Notes: generated from the letters alone by a model not told the origin. A stretch of DNA of 64,000 nucleotides from Clostridia bacterium (GCA_900766735.1 CAAFWO010000040.1:7896-71895), one strand, 5' to 3'. Shown: positions 21,149-31,808, counted from the first letter of the stretch. Numbers and translations are program-made.

Positions 21149-23128
21149 TTATTCAGCTGTCTCTTCAGCCGCAACGGGTGCCTCTTCAGGCTCCGCGTCC
21201 GGAAGAAGTGCTCTTATCGAAAGAGCGATCTTGGGTGTGGGAGTTGCATCCCAGTTGATGTCGATTATCTTCGCGTCAACCTTCTGTCCCTTCTTAAGCT
21301 CATCGGAGGGCTTATTGATTCTCTTGTTTGCGATCTGAGAAATGTGGATAAGACCTTCAACGCCGGGGATAAGCTCGGCAAATGCACCGAAAGGCATTAC
21401 ATTCGTAATTGTTACGTTTACAACGTTGCCGATCTCAAACTTGCTCTTTGCGATCACCCAGGGATTATCCTCGTCCTTCTTGTAGCCGAGAGAAACCTTG
21501 GTCTTGCCGTTCTCGTCTGTCTCGATCTTAAGGATGCGAGCATTGATCTCGTCGCCGACCTTAACGACCTCGGACGGATGGCTGATCTTGCTCCAGGAGA
21601 GCTGAGAAATGTGAACAAGGCCTTCAACGCCGCCGATGTCAACGAATGCACCGAAATCGGTGATCGTCTTAACAACGCCCTTATATTCCTTGCCGACTTC
21701 CGCGTCAGCCCAAAAAGCTTCTGCCTTCTTAGCCTTTTCTGCAAGAAGAACCTGCTTGATGGAGCCGACGATCTTCTTTGTGCGCTGATCGAACTTTATG
21801 ATCTTGAGCGGAACTTTCTTTGTTGTGTCAACAAGCACGGATAAGTCGCTTAAGTATCTGTCGTTCGCCTGAGAACCGGGAACGAACACTCTGATGCCTT
21901 CGCAAAGAACGATAACGCCGCCCTTTACAGCCTCGATAACGATACCGGAAAGAACTGTGCCGTTCTCAAAAGCATCTGCAAGAACAGCGTATTTCTTCTC
22001 GTTATCGATCTTCTTCTTGGAAAGAAGAACGTTGCCTTCAACGTCGTTTACTCTTATTACAAATACATCTATAACGTCCCCTACCTTAACTACATCCGAA
22101 GGTGTAAGTGTGGGGTCATCGGTTAACTCACTGGCGGGAATGATACCGTCAGACTTGTAATTAAGGTTAACAATTACTTCATTCGGGTGTATCTCAACGA
22201 CAGTACCCTTAACCTTTTCACCTGTATGTAAGGTAACAAGAGTGTTTTCAAGCACTTTTGTCCAGTTTTCCTCCTCATTTGTATTAGTTGTTACTTTTGT
22301 GTTTTCTTCCATTGTGTGAAGAACCTCCTTTATTATCCAGTCCGGTGTTGATGCACCGGCTGTTACACCAATTCGTTTGCGGATATATTCCGACTTGTCC
22401 GGAAGCTCATATGCCCCCTCGATATGATAGACGTTTTTGCACGCTTTCTTTGCCGTTTCGACAAGTTTTTTATTATTGGAGCTGTGCTTTCCGCCGATTA
22501 CGAAAAATATATCGGACCGTTCCGCGATTTTTAGCGCTTCCTTTTGTCTTAAATCGGTCGCACTACATATTGTATCAAAAAACTCTGCCCTTTGGCAAGT
22601 CTTTTTTAAAAATTTTTTTAAGTTTTCCCAAAAAATCACCGAAGACGTTGTCTGCGCGACAACGCAGAGCGGCAGATCGGCAACGGACAAAAGCTTTTGT
22701 TCGGCTTCCTCCATATCCCCTACTATTACCGCGCTGTTATCGCACCAGCCGTTGATCCCTATGACCTCGGGATGCGTTTTATCTCCCGCTATTATTATAG
22801 TATAACACTTTTCGTGATACTTTTCAACTATTCTTTGAATTTTTTTAACAAAAGGGCACGTTGCGTCGATAAAATCTGTTTTTATGGCCTCAGCCGTCTT
22901 TTTTGAAACGCCGTGGCTTCTTATAACGACCGTCTCTCCCTCTTTAGCCTCCGACGGATCGTCAATTATCCTGACGCCCCTTTCGGAAAGCTCCGATACG
23001 ACCCTCTCGTTATGTATTATCTGGCCGATAGTCGCTATTTTTTTACCTTCGGCGATCCCTTCGTTCACAAACCCCAGCGCTCTTGAAACGCCGAAACAAA
23101 AGCCGGCCGATTTTGCAACCTCAATCAT
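21149..23128 (-). CDS. ispH: bifunctional 4-hydroxy-3-methylbut-2-enyl diphosphate reductase (IspH/LytB) fused to ribosomal protein S1-like domains
   Basis: N-terminal IspH fold (three conserved Cys: CFGV…, ATCPFVKK, CSAT…) followed by four S1 RNA-binding repeats (GTVVEI…, GIVIEAVKGG…, GVVKTITDFGAFV…, VVNVTITNVMPFGAFAEL); start probably the internal Met (MIEVAKSAGFC) to avoid overlap with plsC. Confidence 0.85.
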   Translation of the reverse strand: MIEVAKSAGFCFGVSRALGFVNEGIAEGKKIATIGQIIHNERVVSELSERGVRIIDDPSEAKEGETVVIRSHGVSKKTAEAIKTDFIDATCPFVKKIQRIVEKYHEKCYTIIIAGDKTHPEVIGINGWCDNSAVIVGDMEEAEQKLLSVADLPLCVVAQTTSSVIFWENLKKFLKKTCQRAEFFDTICSATDLRQKEALKIAERSDIFFVIGGKHSSNNKKLVETAKKACKNVYHIEGAYELPDKSEYIRKRIGVTAGASTPDWIIKEVLHTMEENTKVTTNTNEEENWTKVLENTLVTLHTGEKVKGTVVEIHPNEVIVNLNYKSDGIIPASELTDDPTLTPSDVVKVGDVIDVFVIRVNDVEGNVLLSKKKIDNEKKYAVLADAFENGTVLSGIVIEAVKGGVIVLCEGIRVFVPGSQANDRYLSDLSVLVDTTKKVPLKIIKFDQRTKKIVGSIKQVLLAEKAKKAEAFWADAEVGKEYKGVVKTITDFGAFVDIGGVEGLVHISQLSWSKISHPSEVVKVGDEINARILKIETDENGKTKVSLGYKKDEDNPWVIAKSKFEIGNVVNVTITNVMPFGAFAELIPGVEGLIHISQIANKRINKPSDELKKGQKVDAKIIDINWDATPTPKIALSIRALLPDAEPEEAPVAAEETAE

Positions 23129-23726
23129 TTTTTTCTCCCTCTGACGAAAGAGCATAGATCTTTTCCATCAGTTCATCGGACAGTCTGTCGCACTCCTCGT
23201 CGGTGAGCTTCATTCCCTTGTATTTTGAATAATCGATCGGCTTGCCGATCTTAACAAAACCTTTTTTTCTGAACGCCTTGTGATCTTCCGAAACGCCGAC
23301 CGGAAGTATCGGCACACCGGTCATGATCGCAAGCCTTACCGCACCGTGCTTTGCACGTACATTTTCCGCCCTTTTGCAACGTTTGCCCTGCGGAAACATC
23401 AAAAGCGCGTGACCGCCTCTTAAAAGCTTTATCGCCGTTTTGACCGCGGAAACATCGTTGTGTTCCCTGTCCACCGGGAAAGCGCCTAAAATCGATATGA
23501 GTTTTCCGAACGGTTTGAAATTGAAAAGCTCTTTTTTTGCCATAAATGTGAGCTTTCGCTTAAGCGATATTGCGATGAATACCGGGTCAAGAAGGCTTGA
23601 GTGGTTGGCACACACGATGAGTCCGCCGTTCTCCGGAACCGATTTATTATCCGGTCTTCTCAATCTGTACGGTATGAACATAACGGCACGGACCAATCCG
23701 CGTGCGAAATTATAAAAACCGTTCAT
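23121..23726 (-). CDS. plsC: 1-acyl-sn-glycerol-3-phosphate acyltransferase
   Basis: HxxxxD acyltransferase motif (CANHSSLLDP), FPQGKR block. Confidence 0.8.
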   Translation of the reverse strand: MNGFYNFARGLVRAVMFIPYRLRRPDNKSVPENGGLIVCANHSSLLDPVFIAISLKRKLTFMAKKELFNFKPFGKLISILGAFPVDREHNDVSAVKTAIKLLRGGHALLMFPQGKRCKRAENVRAKHGAVRLAIMTGVPILPVGVSEDHKAFRKKGFVKIGKPIDYSKYKGMKLTDEECDRLSDELMEKIYALSSEGEKND

Positions 23727-24392
23727 TTTATCCTGTCTCCAATACACTTTATTACCGCGTCGACCGACTCGTCAAGCGACAAGTCAGATGTGTCAATAAG
23801 AATAGCGTCGTCCGCCTTTTTAAGGGGCATAAATTCGCGCGTGCTGTCATTTTTATCGCGAAGTACCATGCCCGATAAAACATCCTCGAATTTAACTTGC
23901 TCGCCTTTTTCGGTAAGCTCGCGGTATCTTCGTTCGGCACGCACGCGAACGTCCGCCGTGAGAAATATTTTAACATCCGCATCCGGAAGGACAAAGGTGC
24001 CGATGTCGCGCCCGTCCATAATGCAATTGTTGTTTTTTGCCAAATTGCGCTGTAAATGAGTCATCTTCTCGCGGATTTCCAGAACCGTGCCCGAATCTGA
24101 CGCGGCCATTGAAATTTCGGGAGTTCTTATAAGTGAGGAAACATCCTCCCCGTTTAAGAAAATGTGCTGTTCGCCGTTTTCATATTTTATATCTATATTT
24201 ATCCCGGAAAGGCTATTTATAACCTTTTCTTTTTCAGCCTTTATGTTGATTCCGAGACGGTTAAGATAAAGCCCGACCGTGCGGTACATCGCCCCGGTAT
24301 CGATATAAATATAGCCGAGTTTTTCGGCCGCTTTTTTTGCTATCGTGCTTTTCCCTGCGCCGGAGGGACCGTCTATCGCAATATTGATCATA
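23723..24392 (-). CDS. cmk: cytidylate kinase
   Basis: P-loop IAIDGPSGAGKST, DTGAMYR motif; track ORF extends to 24523 but conserved start is MINIAIDG at 24392. Confidence 0.9.
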
Positions 24393-24401
24393 AAATCACT
24401 C

Positions 24402-24815
24402 CTAAATAACTCTGTGCCCGAGCCCGATTGCAATTTCGTTAAGATGCAAAAGCCCGATCCCGCAAAATATGCACACGGCAATATGTTCTTTATAGCGTGC
24501 GATGCCAATCTTTCCGCCGACATTCAAGCCTATCGCTTTTGTCATAATGGCGCTCATCGCCTCGCGCGCCGCGCCGGCAACCGCACCTTCCTCCATATGT
24601 GACGCAGTGATGAGCTTTTCCCGCTTCGCGCTGACGACCGTGCGTTCTACAATTTTGTTAACGGAGCTTATGAAGTCGCCGCCGAAATCGACCGCACAGC
24701 AAAGCATATTTTCTTTTGACATCTGAGCCTTGAATGATGCCTCATCGTCTCTCGATGCGGTGAGCGCCATTTTGACGGCCGCCGAAGCAACCTCTTTACT
24801 GCCGAATTCAGCCAA
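24402..24815 (-). CDS. HutP-family-like small protein
   Basis: 137 aa; C-terminal …GLGHRVI resembles the HutP C-terminal signature; placement in operon between flavoprotein and cmk. Confidence 0.35.
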   Translation of the reverse strand: MAEFGSKEVASAAVKMALTASRDDEASFKAQMSKENMLCCAVDFGGDFISSVNKIVERTVVSAKREKLITASHMEEGAVAGAAREAMSAIMTKAIGLNVGGKIGIARYKEHIAVCIFCGIGLLHLNEIAIGLGHRVI

Positions 24816-24882
24816 CGCAATGCCCCCTTAAAACAAAACATATTATATTCTATCACAAATAAAGAAAATAATCAACTTATTT

Positions 24883-26094
24883 TTACGATTTTCCGGCAAT
24901 GTATCCTGTCGAAAATGCGATCTGAAGGTTAAAACCGCCCGTATAAGCGTCCATATCGATGATCTCACCGGCAAAATAAACACCTTTTACAAGCTTTGAC
25001 TCCATGGTCGAGGGGTTGATCTCATTAACGCTGACGCCGCCCGATGTGATAATTGCCTCCGCAATCGGCCTGAATCTTTTTATGTGAATCTCAAAATGCT
25101 TTAAGAGCTCCACAATGCGCCGTCTTTCTTCTTTTGTTATTTCGGAGACGGTCTTATGTGGCGGAATTCCGGAAAGTCTCACTATGACGGGAATCATCTT
25201 TTGCGGCAAAAGATCCGAAAGTGCATTTATAAAATCCTTTTTCGCATATTTTTCAAAATCCTTTATTATTCTTTTGTCCAATACCTCTTCCGTCAGCGCC
25301 GGCTTTAGATCAAGCACTATTTTATAGTTTTCGGGGCTCTTTTTCATATGTGCGCTTGCCGAGAGCACCGTCGGCCCGGAGAGGCCGAAGTGCGTGAATA
25401 AAAGCTCGCCGAAATCCTCATACACTGTTTTTTGTCCGTCCATCAGACGAAGCACCGTGTTTTTAAGTGAAAGGCCCATCATCTCACTGCAAAATGATTC
25501 TTTGGTTTCAAGCGGAACTAAAGACGGGCGGATCGGTTTTATGCTGTGCCCGAGCGAGCGCGCAAAGTCATACCCGTCCCCTGTCGAGCCCGTGCCAGGA
25601 TAGCTTGCGCCCCCGGTCGCTATAATGACCCTGTCGCCCTCTATTTTTGTTTTATCCGAGAGCAAAACATAAGAAAACGCGCCGTTTTCGCAAACGACCT
25701 TTTCCGCCTTTGCGCGAACATTAGTCACATTATGCTTTTTCATCTCTCTGACCAGAGCGTCGACAATGTCCGCCGCCTTGTCCGACTGCGGAAAAACGCG
25801 GTTTCCGCGCTCGGTCTTAAGGCTCACACCGGCATTTTCGAAAAACTCCATTGTCGAATTTGAATCAAACCTTGAAAATGCGCCGTACAAAAACCTGCCG
25901 TTAACGGGGATGTTTTTAATAAGCTCATCCCGTGAGCAGTGATTTGTCACATTACAGCGCCCTTTTCCGGTGATAGAAAGCTTTTTTCCGTATCTGTCGT
26001 TCTTTTCGATAAGGATGACCTCGTCCCCCGACTCGCCGGCAGAGCATGCCGCCATCAGTCCGGCCGCCCCGGCTCCTATTATGATCGTTTTCAT
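24883..26094 (-). CDS. FAD-dependent oxidoreductase, HI0933/aminoacetone-oxidase family flavoprotein
   Basis: N-terminal dinucleotide motif IIIGAGAAGLMAA, 403 aa. Confidence 0.8.
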   Translation of the reverse strand: MKTIIIGAGAAGLMAACSAGESGDEVILIEKNDRYGKKLSITGKGRCNVTNHCSRDELIKNIPVNGRFLYGAFSRFDSNSTMEFFENAGVSLKTERGNRVFPQSDKAADIVDALVREMKKHNVTNVRAKAEKVVCENGAFSYVLLSDKTKIEGDRVIIATGGASYPGTGSTGDGYDFARSLGHSIKPIRPSLVPLETKESFCSEMMGLSLKNTVLRLMDGQKTVYEDFGELLFTHFGLSGPTVLSASAHMKKSPENYKIVLDLKPALTEEVLDKRIIKDFEKYAKKDFINALSDLLPQKMIPVIVRLSGIPPHKTVSEITKEERRRIVELLKHFEIHIKRFRPIAEAIITSGGVSVNEINPSTMESKLVKGVYFAGEIIDMDAYTGGFNLQIAFSTGYIAGKS

Positions 26095-26840
26095 TTTTCT
26101 TCTCTCTTTCTGGCCGTAACGAAAATGCGCTGTTCGTCCTCTGCCGGCGCCGATAACTTTCTGTCCGCGAAAAATTCAATGTCGGAAAGGCCGGCCTTTT
26201 TCATAAGAGCTGAAAGCTCGGCAAGGCCCCATGCGCGTTCGGTCTGATATTCGTCAAACCGGAAATATCTTCCGTCGTTCTCCTCTATAAAGAATTTCAG
26301 TTCAAAATCGCAAAGGCGGACCTCATCGTCATAAAAGCTCTCCCATGTGTAAAAGATTCCGCCTTCGTCATATGTGTAGCAGTTTCCACCGAGGATATTT
26401 TTAAGCTTGAACTCCGAATTGATGTCGAAAATAAAAACTCCGTCATAATCAAGATAGTTTTTCACAAGCTTAAAGACCGTCAAAAGATCGTCCTCGTCCG
26501 TAATATAGTTTATACAGTCGAGGCTTGAAACTATCGCGCCCATCGTTCCGTAGAGCTCAAAATCGGTCATACTCTGATTTAAATAAAGCGTTTTTCCGTC
26601 GTTTTTCTCCGCCGCTTTGCCGAGCATTGCACAAGATGAATCGACCCCTGTCATATCATATCCGCGGCGCGACATAATGTTAGTCAGCGTTCCCGTTCCG
26701 CACCCTAAATCCAGAACGAGCCCGGGCGAAACGCCGTATTTTTCAAATATTTTCTCGTAAAAATCAGCCCAGGACTCATAGTCTAAGTCCTTCATCAGTG
26801 TATCGTAAATGTCAGCAAACTGGGTATACATTAAAATCAC
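26091..26840 (-). CDS. class I SAM-dependent methyltransferase
   Basis: motif I VLDLGCGTGTLT; 249 aa; ATGA overlap with downstream gene. Confidence 0.8.
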   Translation of the reverse strand: MILMYTQFADIYDTLMKDLDYESWADFYEKIFEKYGVSPGLVLDLGCGTGTLTNIMSRRGYDMTGVDSSCAMLGKAAEKNDGKTLYLNQSMTDFELYGTMGAIVSSLDCINYITDEDDLLTVFKLVKNYLDYDGVFIFDINSEFKLKNILGGNCYTYDEGGIFYTWESFYDDEVRLCDFELKFFIEENDGRYFRFDEYQTERAWGLAELSALMKKAGLSDIEFFADRKLSAPAEDEQRIFVTARKREEK

Positions 26841-29032
26841 TCCGATATTTTTTCAAGCTTGGCATAGACCGCCATAAGGTTTTTCTCACCCGACTCATCA
26901 AAAATGATCTTAAGGCGCATATCGTTGCCGACGGCCTGCGCCTCCGCGACCGTTCCGTCACCGAATTTTTTATGGCGGACGCGGTCTCCCTCGGCAAAGT
27001 CAAACTTCCTGTCGGCCGATGCGCTCTTAAATGACGCAAAATTGACCTTTTCAAATCCGCCCGCATTCTTTCGGGCGGCAGGCGACGAATAATAAAAATC
27101 GTCATATGTCGGCTTCGGAGTGATGTCCTCACAGCAGTAATCCGGTATCTCGTCAATAAACATTGACTCCTTGTGGTATTCTGTCTTTCCAAATACCTTG
27201 CGCTGGTTTGCCCAGGTCATGAAAAGCTCCTGCCTAGCTCTCGTTATCGCAACATAGGCAAGCCTTCTCTCCTCCTCGATCCCGTCCGGCTCAAACTTTG
27301 ATCTTTCACTCGGAAAAAGCCCATCCTCGCAACCGGCTATGAATACGACCGGAAACTCCAGCCCCTTTGCCATATGTATGGTCATCATCGAAACGGAGTC
27401 CTCGTCCTCGTCGTAATCGTCAATATCCGAAACGAGCGATATACTGTCAACATAATCGGATATTGACGCGCCCTCCGACACCGCCTCAAAGCTTTTCGCA
27501 CCGCTTATAAGCTCGCCGAGATTTTCAAGTCTTGAGCGCGACTCCACATCGTCCGTCAAAGTCAAAAAGTTATAATATCCGCTTTTTTTGATGACGCGTT
27601 CCACGAAATCGCCGATCGGCATAGTGTCCATCTCGGAACGGAGCTCTTCAATAAGAGCCGCGAACTCCTGCATTTTAGGGCCGCTTCTGCCAAGCTCATG
27701 ATAATAATTGACGATCGTGTCGTAAATGCTTATGCGCTTTTCTGCGGCAATTTTGACCGCATTGTCAAGCGAAGTCTTCCCGATTCCGCGTTTCGGCTCG
27801 TTAATGCATCTGAATAGCGCAATATCGTCATCCGGATTTATAATAAGCTTTAAGTAAGCCATAATGTCTTTAACTTCCTTGCGGTCGTAAAAGCGTAGTC
27901 CGGAAAGGAGCTTGTGCGGAATGCCGGCCATTCTGAACCGTTCCTCAAGCGCTCTTGACTGATTATTCGTCCTGAAGAGCACCGCAATATCGGAAAGAGA
28001 GTATTTTTCTTTGAGCTCATCGATCTTCCCGGCGATAAAATCCGCCTCCGAATATTCGTTGTCGGCCTTATATATCCTGACCGGTTCGCCCTTGTCCTCC
28101 GCCGTCCAGAGCTTTTTGCCCTTGCGCCCGATATTGTTGCCGATGACTCCGTTTGCCGCGTCCAAAATATTCTGCGTCGAACGGTAGTTGCGCTCGAGCC
28201 TTATGACTTTAGCGTCCGGAAATTCCTTTTCAAATTCCAATATGTTTCTTATATCCGCGCCGCGGAACTTGTATATGCTCTGATCGTCGTCTCCGACAAC
28301 CGAAATATTTCGGTTGTCGCGGCACAAAAGGCTTATAAGGCTGTATTGCGCATGGTTAGTATCCTGATACTCGTCAACCAGAATGTATCTGAATTTATTC
28401 TGATAGAACCTTAATATTTCTTCGTTCTCGTTAAAGAGCTTCACCGTGAGCATTATAAGATCGTCAAAATCCATGGCGTTGTTGGCGCGGAGCGCCTCGG
28501 TATACGCCGCGTAGACACGGGCGTAAATGCTCTTTAAATAGTCGTTTCCATAGGCGGACAGGAAATTTTCCGGATAGATCATTTTATTTTTCGCGTCCGA
28601 AATAATGGAAAGACAGCTCTTTGCCGGAATCTTTTCCGAGTCGATGTTAAGATTCTTCATACAATCTTTGATAAGCGTCTTTCTGTCCGTATCGTCATAT
28701 ATGTTAAAGCCCGGCTTGAAGCCGATGTATTCCGGGTTTCTCCTTAAAATCGCAAGGCACGCGCTGTGAAACGTCTTGATCCACATAATATCCGCGTCAC
28801 TCCTGCAAAGCTTGGAGAGCCTTTCGCGCATCTCCGCCGCGGCCTTGTTGGTGAATGTTATCGCAAGTATATTATAAGGCGACACGCCCCTTTCCGACAG
28901 CATATATGCAATTTTATGCGTCAGAACCTTGGTCTTCCCGCTTCCTGCTCCGGCTAAGATCAAAAGCGGACCGTCGGGCGCCGTGACTGCCTCAAGCTGT
29001 TCGGTATTAAGCCCGTCAAGCAGCTCGTTCAT
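26837..29032 (-). CDS. pcrA: ATP-dependent DNA helicase PcrA (UvrD/Rep family)
   Basis: 731 aa; Walker A AGAGSGKT, helicase motifs II (VDEYQDTN), VI (VAITRAR). Confidence 0.9.
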   Translation of the reverse strand: MNELLDGLNTEQLEAVTAPDGPLLILAGAGSGKTKVLTHKIAYMLSERGVSPYNILAITFTNKAAAEMRERLSKLCRSDADIMWIKTFHSACLAILRRNPEYIGFKPGFNIYDDTDRKTLIKDCMKNLNIDSEKIPAKSCLSIISDAKNKMIYPENFLSAYGNDYLKSIYARVYAAYTEALRANNAMDFDDLIMLTVKLFNENEEILRFYQNKFRYILVDEYQDTNHAQYSLISLLCRDNRNISVVGDDDQSIYKFRGADIRNILEFEKEFPDAKVIRLERNYRSTQNILDAANGVIGNNIGRKGKKLWTAEDKGEPVRIYKADNEYSEADFIAGKIDELKEKYSLSDIAVLFRTNNQSRALEERFRMAGIPHKLLSGLRFYDRKEVKDIMAYLKLIINPDDDIALFRCINEPKRGIGKTSLDNAVKIAAEKRISIYDTIVNYYHELGRSGPKMQEFAALIEELRSEMDTMPIGDFVERVIKKSGYYNFLTLTDDVESRSRLENLGELISGAKSFEAVSEGASISDYVDSISLVSDIDDYDEDEDSVSMMTIHMAKGLEFPVVFIAGCEDGLFPSERSKFEPDGIEEERRLAYVAITRARQELFMTWANQRKVFGKTEYHKESMFIDEIPDYCCEDITPKPTYDDFYYSSPAARKNAGGFEKVNFASFKSASADRKFDFAEGDRVRHKKFGDGTVAEAQAVGNDMRLKIIFDESGEKNLMAVYAKLEKISE

Positions 29033-29082
29033 AAAAATTTCTCCTTTATAAAATCAGGCTGTGCGGCGCACAGCCTGATTTT

Positions 29083-30015
29083 TTATTTAAGCTTTATTGC
29101 TTCCTTTGCAGATGATGCAATGTCATCGGGTGTCATATGATAGTATTTAAAGAGATCGGCAGGCTTTCCGCTTCTTCCGAAAACATCGCGCACGCCGATG
29201 CGCCTTAAAATGCACGGTGCCTTCTCGGCGATGACTTCGGACACTGCCGTGCCGAGGCCGCCGATTATGCTGTGATCCTCGACCGTCACGATCGCGCCGG
29301 TCTCCTTCGCGCATTTTATGATAAGCTCTTCGTCGATCGGCTTGATGGACGCCATATTAACGACTTTCGCTTTTATTCCTTCTTTTTTAAGCGCGTCAGC
29401 CGCTTCGATCGCGGCCGTTGCCATGATACCGGTCGAAATGATCGTTACGTCGCTTCCCTCTATTAATATCTGCCCCTTGCCGAGCGTGAACTCATAGGAC
29501 GAATCGAATATTTCCTCCGTCGCAAGGCGGCTGAATCTTAAATAAACCGGTCCGTCAAAGTTGAGTGCGAATTCGACAGCGGCATAAGTCTCGACCGCGT
29601 CCGCCGGGTTAATAACGGTCATTCCCGGGATACCGCGCATGAGAGCGAGGTCTTCAATGCACTGATGGGTCGCCCCGTCCTCGCCGACCGTGATTCCTGC
29701 GTGAGTCGCGCCGATCTTGACATTAAGGTGCGGATATGCGATCGAGTTTCTGATCTGTTCATAGCTTCTGCCTGCGGCAAACATCGCAAAGGAGCTTGCA
29801 AAAACAGGCTTTCCCGTCGTTGCAATACCTGCAGCAACACTCATCATATTGCCCTCAGCGATTCCGGTATCGAAAAATCTTTCCGGATATGCTTTTTTGA
29901 AAATTTCCGTCTTCGTTGCAGCCGCAAGGTCCGCGTCAAGAACAAGGAAATCATATTTTTCGGCAAGAGAGCAAAGCGCTTCTCCGTATGCCTGTCTGGT
30001 TGCTTTTTTCGCCAT
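29083..30015 (-). CDS. transketolase, C-terminal (pyrimidine-binding) subunit
   Basis: 310 aa; split-transketolase arrangement typical of Clostridia. Confidence 0.85.
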   Translation of the reverse strand: MAKKATRQAYGEALCSLAEKYDFLVLDADLAAATKTEIFKKAYPERFFDTGIAEGNMMSVAAGIATTGKPVFASSFAMFAAGRSYEQIRNSIAYPHLNVKIGATHAGITVGEDGATHQCIEDLALMRGIPGMTVINPADAVETYAAVEFALNFDGPVYLRFSRLATEEIFDSSYEFTLGKGQILIEGSDVTIISTGIMATAAIEAADALKKEGIKAKVVNMASIKPIDEELIIKCAKETGAIVTVEDHSIIGGLGTAVSEVIAEKAPCILRRIGVRDVFGRSGKPADLFKYYHMTPDDIASSAKEAIKLK

Positions 30016-30017
30016 AA

Positions 30018-30863
30018 TTATGCCTCCTCTTTCATTAACGCTTCAATATGTGCGTCGAGTTCGGAAATAGCCTTATCATACTCTTCCTCATTGGGAGCGA
30101 CACCGTGCCATTTAACGGAGTTTTCCATATATGAAACGCCCTTGCCCTTAACTGTCTTCATTATGACCGCGGTGGGCTTGCCTTTGGTCCCGCGTGCATC
30201 TCTGAGTGCCTTTTTGATCTCATCGTAATTATGACCGTCGATCGTTAAAGTGTTCCAGCCGAATGCTTCAAACTTTTTGTCAAGAGGCGATGAATTCATA
30301 ACCTCGGCCGTCGATCCGTCGATCTGGAGGCCGTTAAGGTCAACGAATATACAAAGATTGTCAAGCTTATAGTGAGGCGCATACATGGCCGCTTCCCAAA
30401 CCTGGCCTTCCTCGATCTCACCGTCGCCCAAAAGAGCATATACTCTGTAATCTTTTTTATAAGCCTTTGCAGAAAGTGCCATACCGCAAGCCGCGGAAAT
30501 TCCGAGTCCGAGTGAGCCGGTCGACATATCAACGCCGGGAATGTGCTTCATATCGGGGTGCCCCTGAAGCCTCGAATCGATATGGCGGAAGGTCTTAAGC
30601 TCCTCCTTATCGAAAAATCCCGCTTCCGCAAGCGTTCCGTAAAGTGCCGGACTGCAATGCCCCTTTGAAAGAACGAACCTGTCCCTGTCCTCCATCTTCG
30701 GGTTCTTCGGATCGACATTCATCTCGTCAAAATACAAAACCGCCATCAGATCAGCAGATGAAAGCGAGCCGCCGGGATGACCGGAAGATGCGCTATATAC
30801 TGCCGTGACGGCGTTTTTGCGAATATTGTAGGCCTTGATCTCAAGTTCTTTGTTATTCATTAG
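30018..30863 (-). CDS. transketolase, N-terminal (TPP-binding) subunit
   Basis: TPP motif GDGEIEEGQVWEA, HPGGS; true start MNNKELEIKAY (track ORF extended to 30932). Confidence 0.85.
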   Translation of the reverse strand, partial: LMNNKELEIKAYNIRKNAVTAVYSASSGHPGGSLSSADLMAVLYFDEMNVDPKNPKMEDRDRFVLSKGHCSPALYGTLAEAGFFDKEELKTFRHIDSRLQGHPDMKHIPGVDMSTGSLGLGISAACGMALSAKAYKKDYRVYALLGDGEIEEGQVWEAAMYAPHYKLDNLCIFVDLNGLQIDGSTAEVMNSSPLDKKFEAFGWNTLTIDGHNYDEIKKALRDARGTKGKPTAVIMKTVKGKGVSYMENSVKWHGVAPNEEEYDKAISELDAHIEALMKEEA

Positions 30864-31022
30864 CCTTTCTCCTTTACAGCTTTTAATCTTTATGCATAAA
30901 TCTATTATAGCACATAACTTCTTCCAATTCAAGAGATTTTGACCCGATTAAAAAAATTTATATTTATTATAGATTTTTATCTGATTTTGTGCTATTATAT
31001 TGTTTAAGGAAGGTGTTATATT

Positions 31023-31664
31023 ATGGAAAAATACGCTTTAATAATCGGAGACGACGAGCTCGGGATCAGCTTGGCAAAGGCGATCTCTTCTATGGATCAC
31101 CGTGTCGTCTTGTTGAACATCGGCCCGGAAAAAGGGTATGAATTTGACTTTGAATACATTTGCGGCTCGCTTAAAGATGAAAAGCTGATAGATTCGCTCG
31201 ACATTGACCGCACAACTATCTGCATTTGCGCTTTGAAGGACGATTTTTTCTCGTCGCTCGAATGCGTGCGCATATTAAAGTCGCACGGTGCCGGCTACAT
31301 CGTTGCCGAAGCCGAGGACGAGGTGTTAAAATATTACTTAAAGCTCGGCGGAGTTAAAAAAATAATCCGCCCGTTCAGCGATTATGCGCTTGTTACCGCG
31401 GCAAAGCTTTTGGGAAAAGATGAGCTTGAGCTTACCTATCTTTCAGATGTTCAGGCGCTTTTTCAAAGGAAAATTCCCGATTCATGGGCCGGAAAGACTC
31501 TAAGCGAACTCGACATCAGAAGAAAGTATGACGCTAACGTTCTCGGCGTTCGCAGAAACGGAGAGTTTTTAGCCGCGACCGCATCCGATTTCGCGCTTGA
31601 AAATGGCGACGAGCTTTATGCGCTGGGTGATCTAAGAAAGGTCTTTGACATGGAGGAGTCATAA
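31023..31664 (+). CDS. TrkA/KtrA-family (RCK domain) protein with degenerate N-terminal dinucleotide motif
   Basis: 213 aa; TrkA-C like C-terminus (LSELDIRRKYDANVLGVRRNGEF…ENGDELYALGD); N-terminal IIGDDELG replaces GxGxxG. Confidence 0.6.
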   Translation: MEKYALIIGDDELGISLAKAISSMDHRVVLLNIGPEKGYEFDFEYICGSLKDEKLIDSLDIDRTTICICALKDDFFSSLECVRILKSHGAGYIVAEAEDEVLKYYLKLGGVKKIIRPFSDYALVTAAKLLGKDELELTYLSDVQALFQRKIPDSWAGKTLSELDIRRKYDANVLGVRRNGEFLAATASDFALENGDELYALGDLRKVFDMEES

Positions 31665-31692
31665 AAAATATACTTAAAACGGCAATTATTTA

Positions 31693-31720
31693 TTGACAAA
31701 TCGAAAAATTGCGGTATAAT
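31693..31720 (+). promoter_or_regulatory. consensus sigma-A promoter for tRNA-Gly (TTGACA -16- TATAAT)
   Basis: -35 31693-98, -10 31715-20, tRNA 5' end 31732. Confidence 0.7.
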
Positions 31721-31731
31721 AGATAGTGCGT

Positions 31732-31805
<74 letters not shown>

Positions 31806-31808
31806 CAT

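Noticed and set aside
24393-24523. 44-aa N-terminal extension of cmk in the ORF track
   Set aside because: The cytidylate kinase family starts at the P-loop-proximal Met (MINIAIDG). The extension overlaps the upstream gene and is not conserved-looking.
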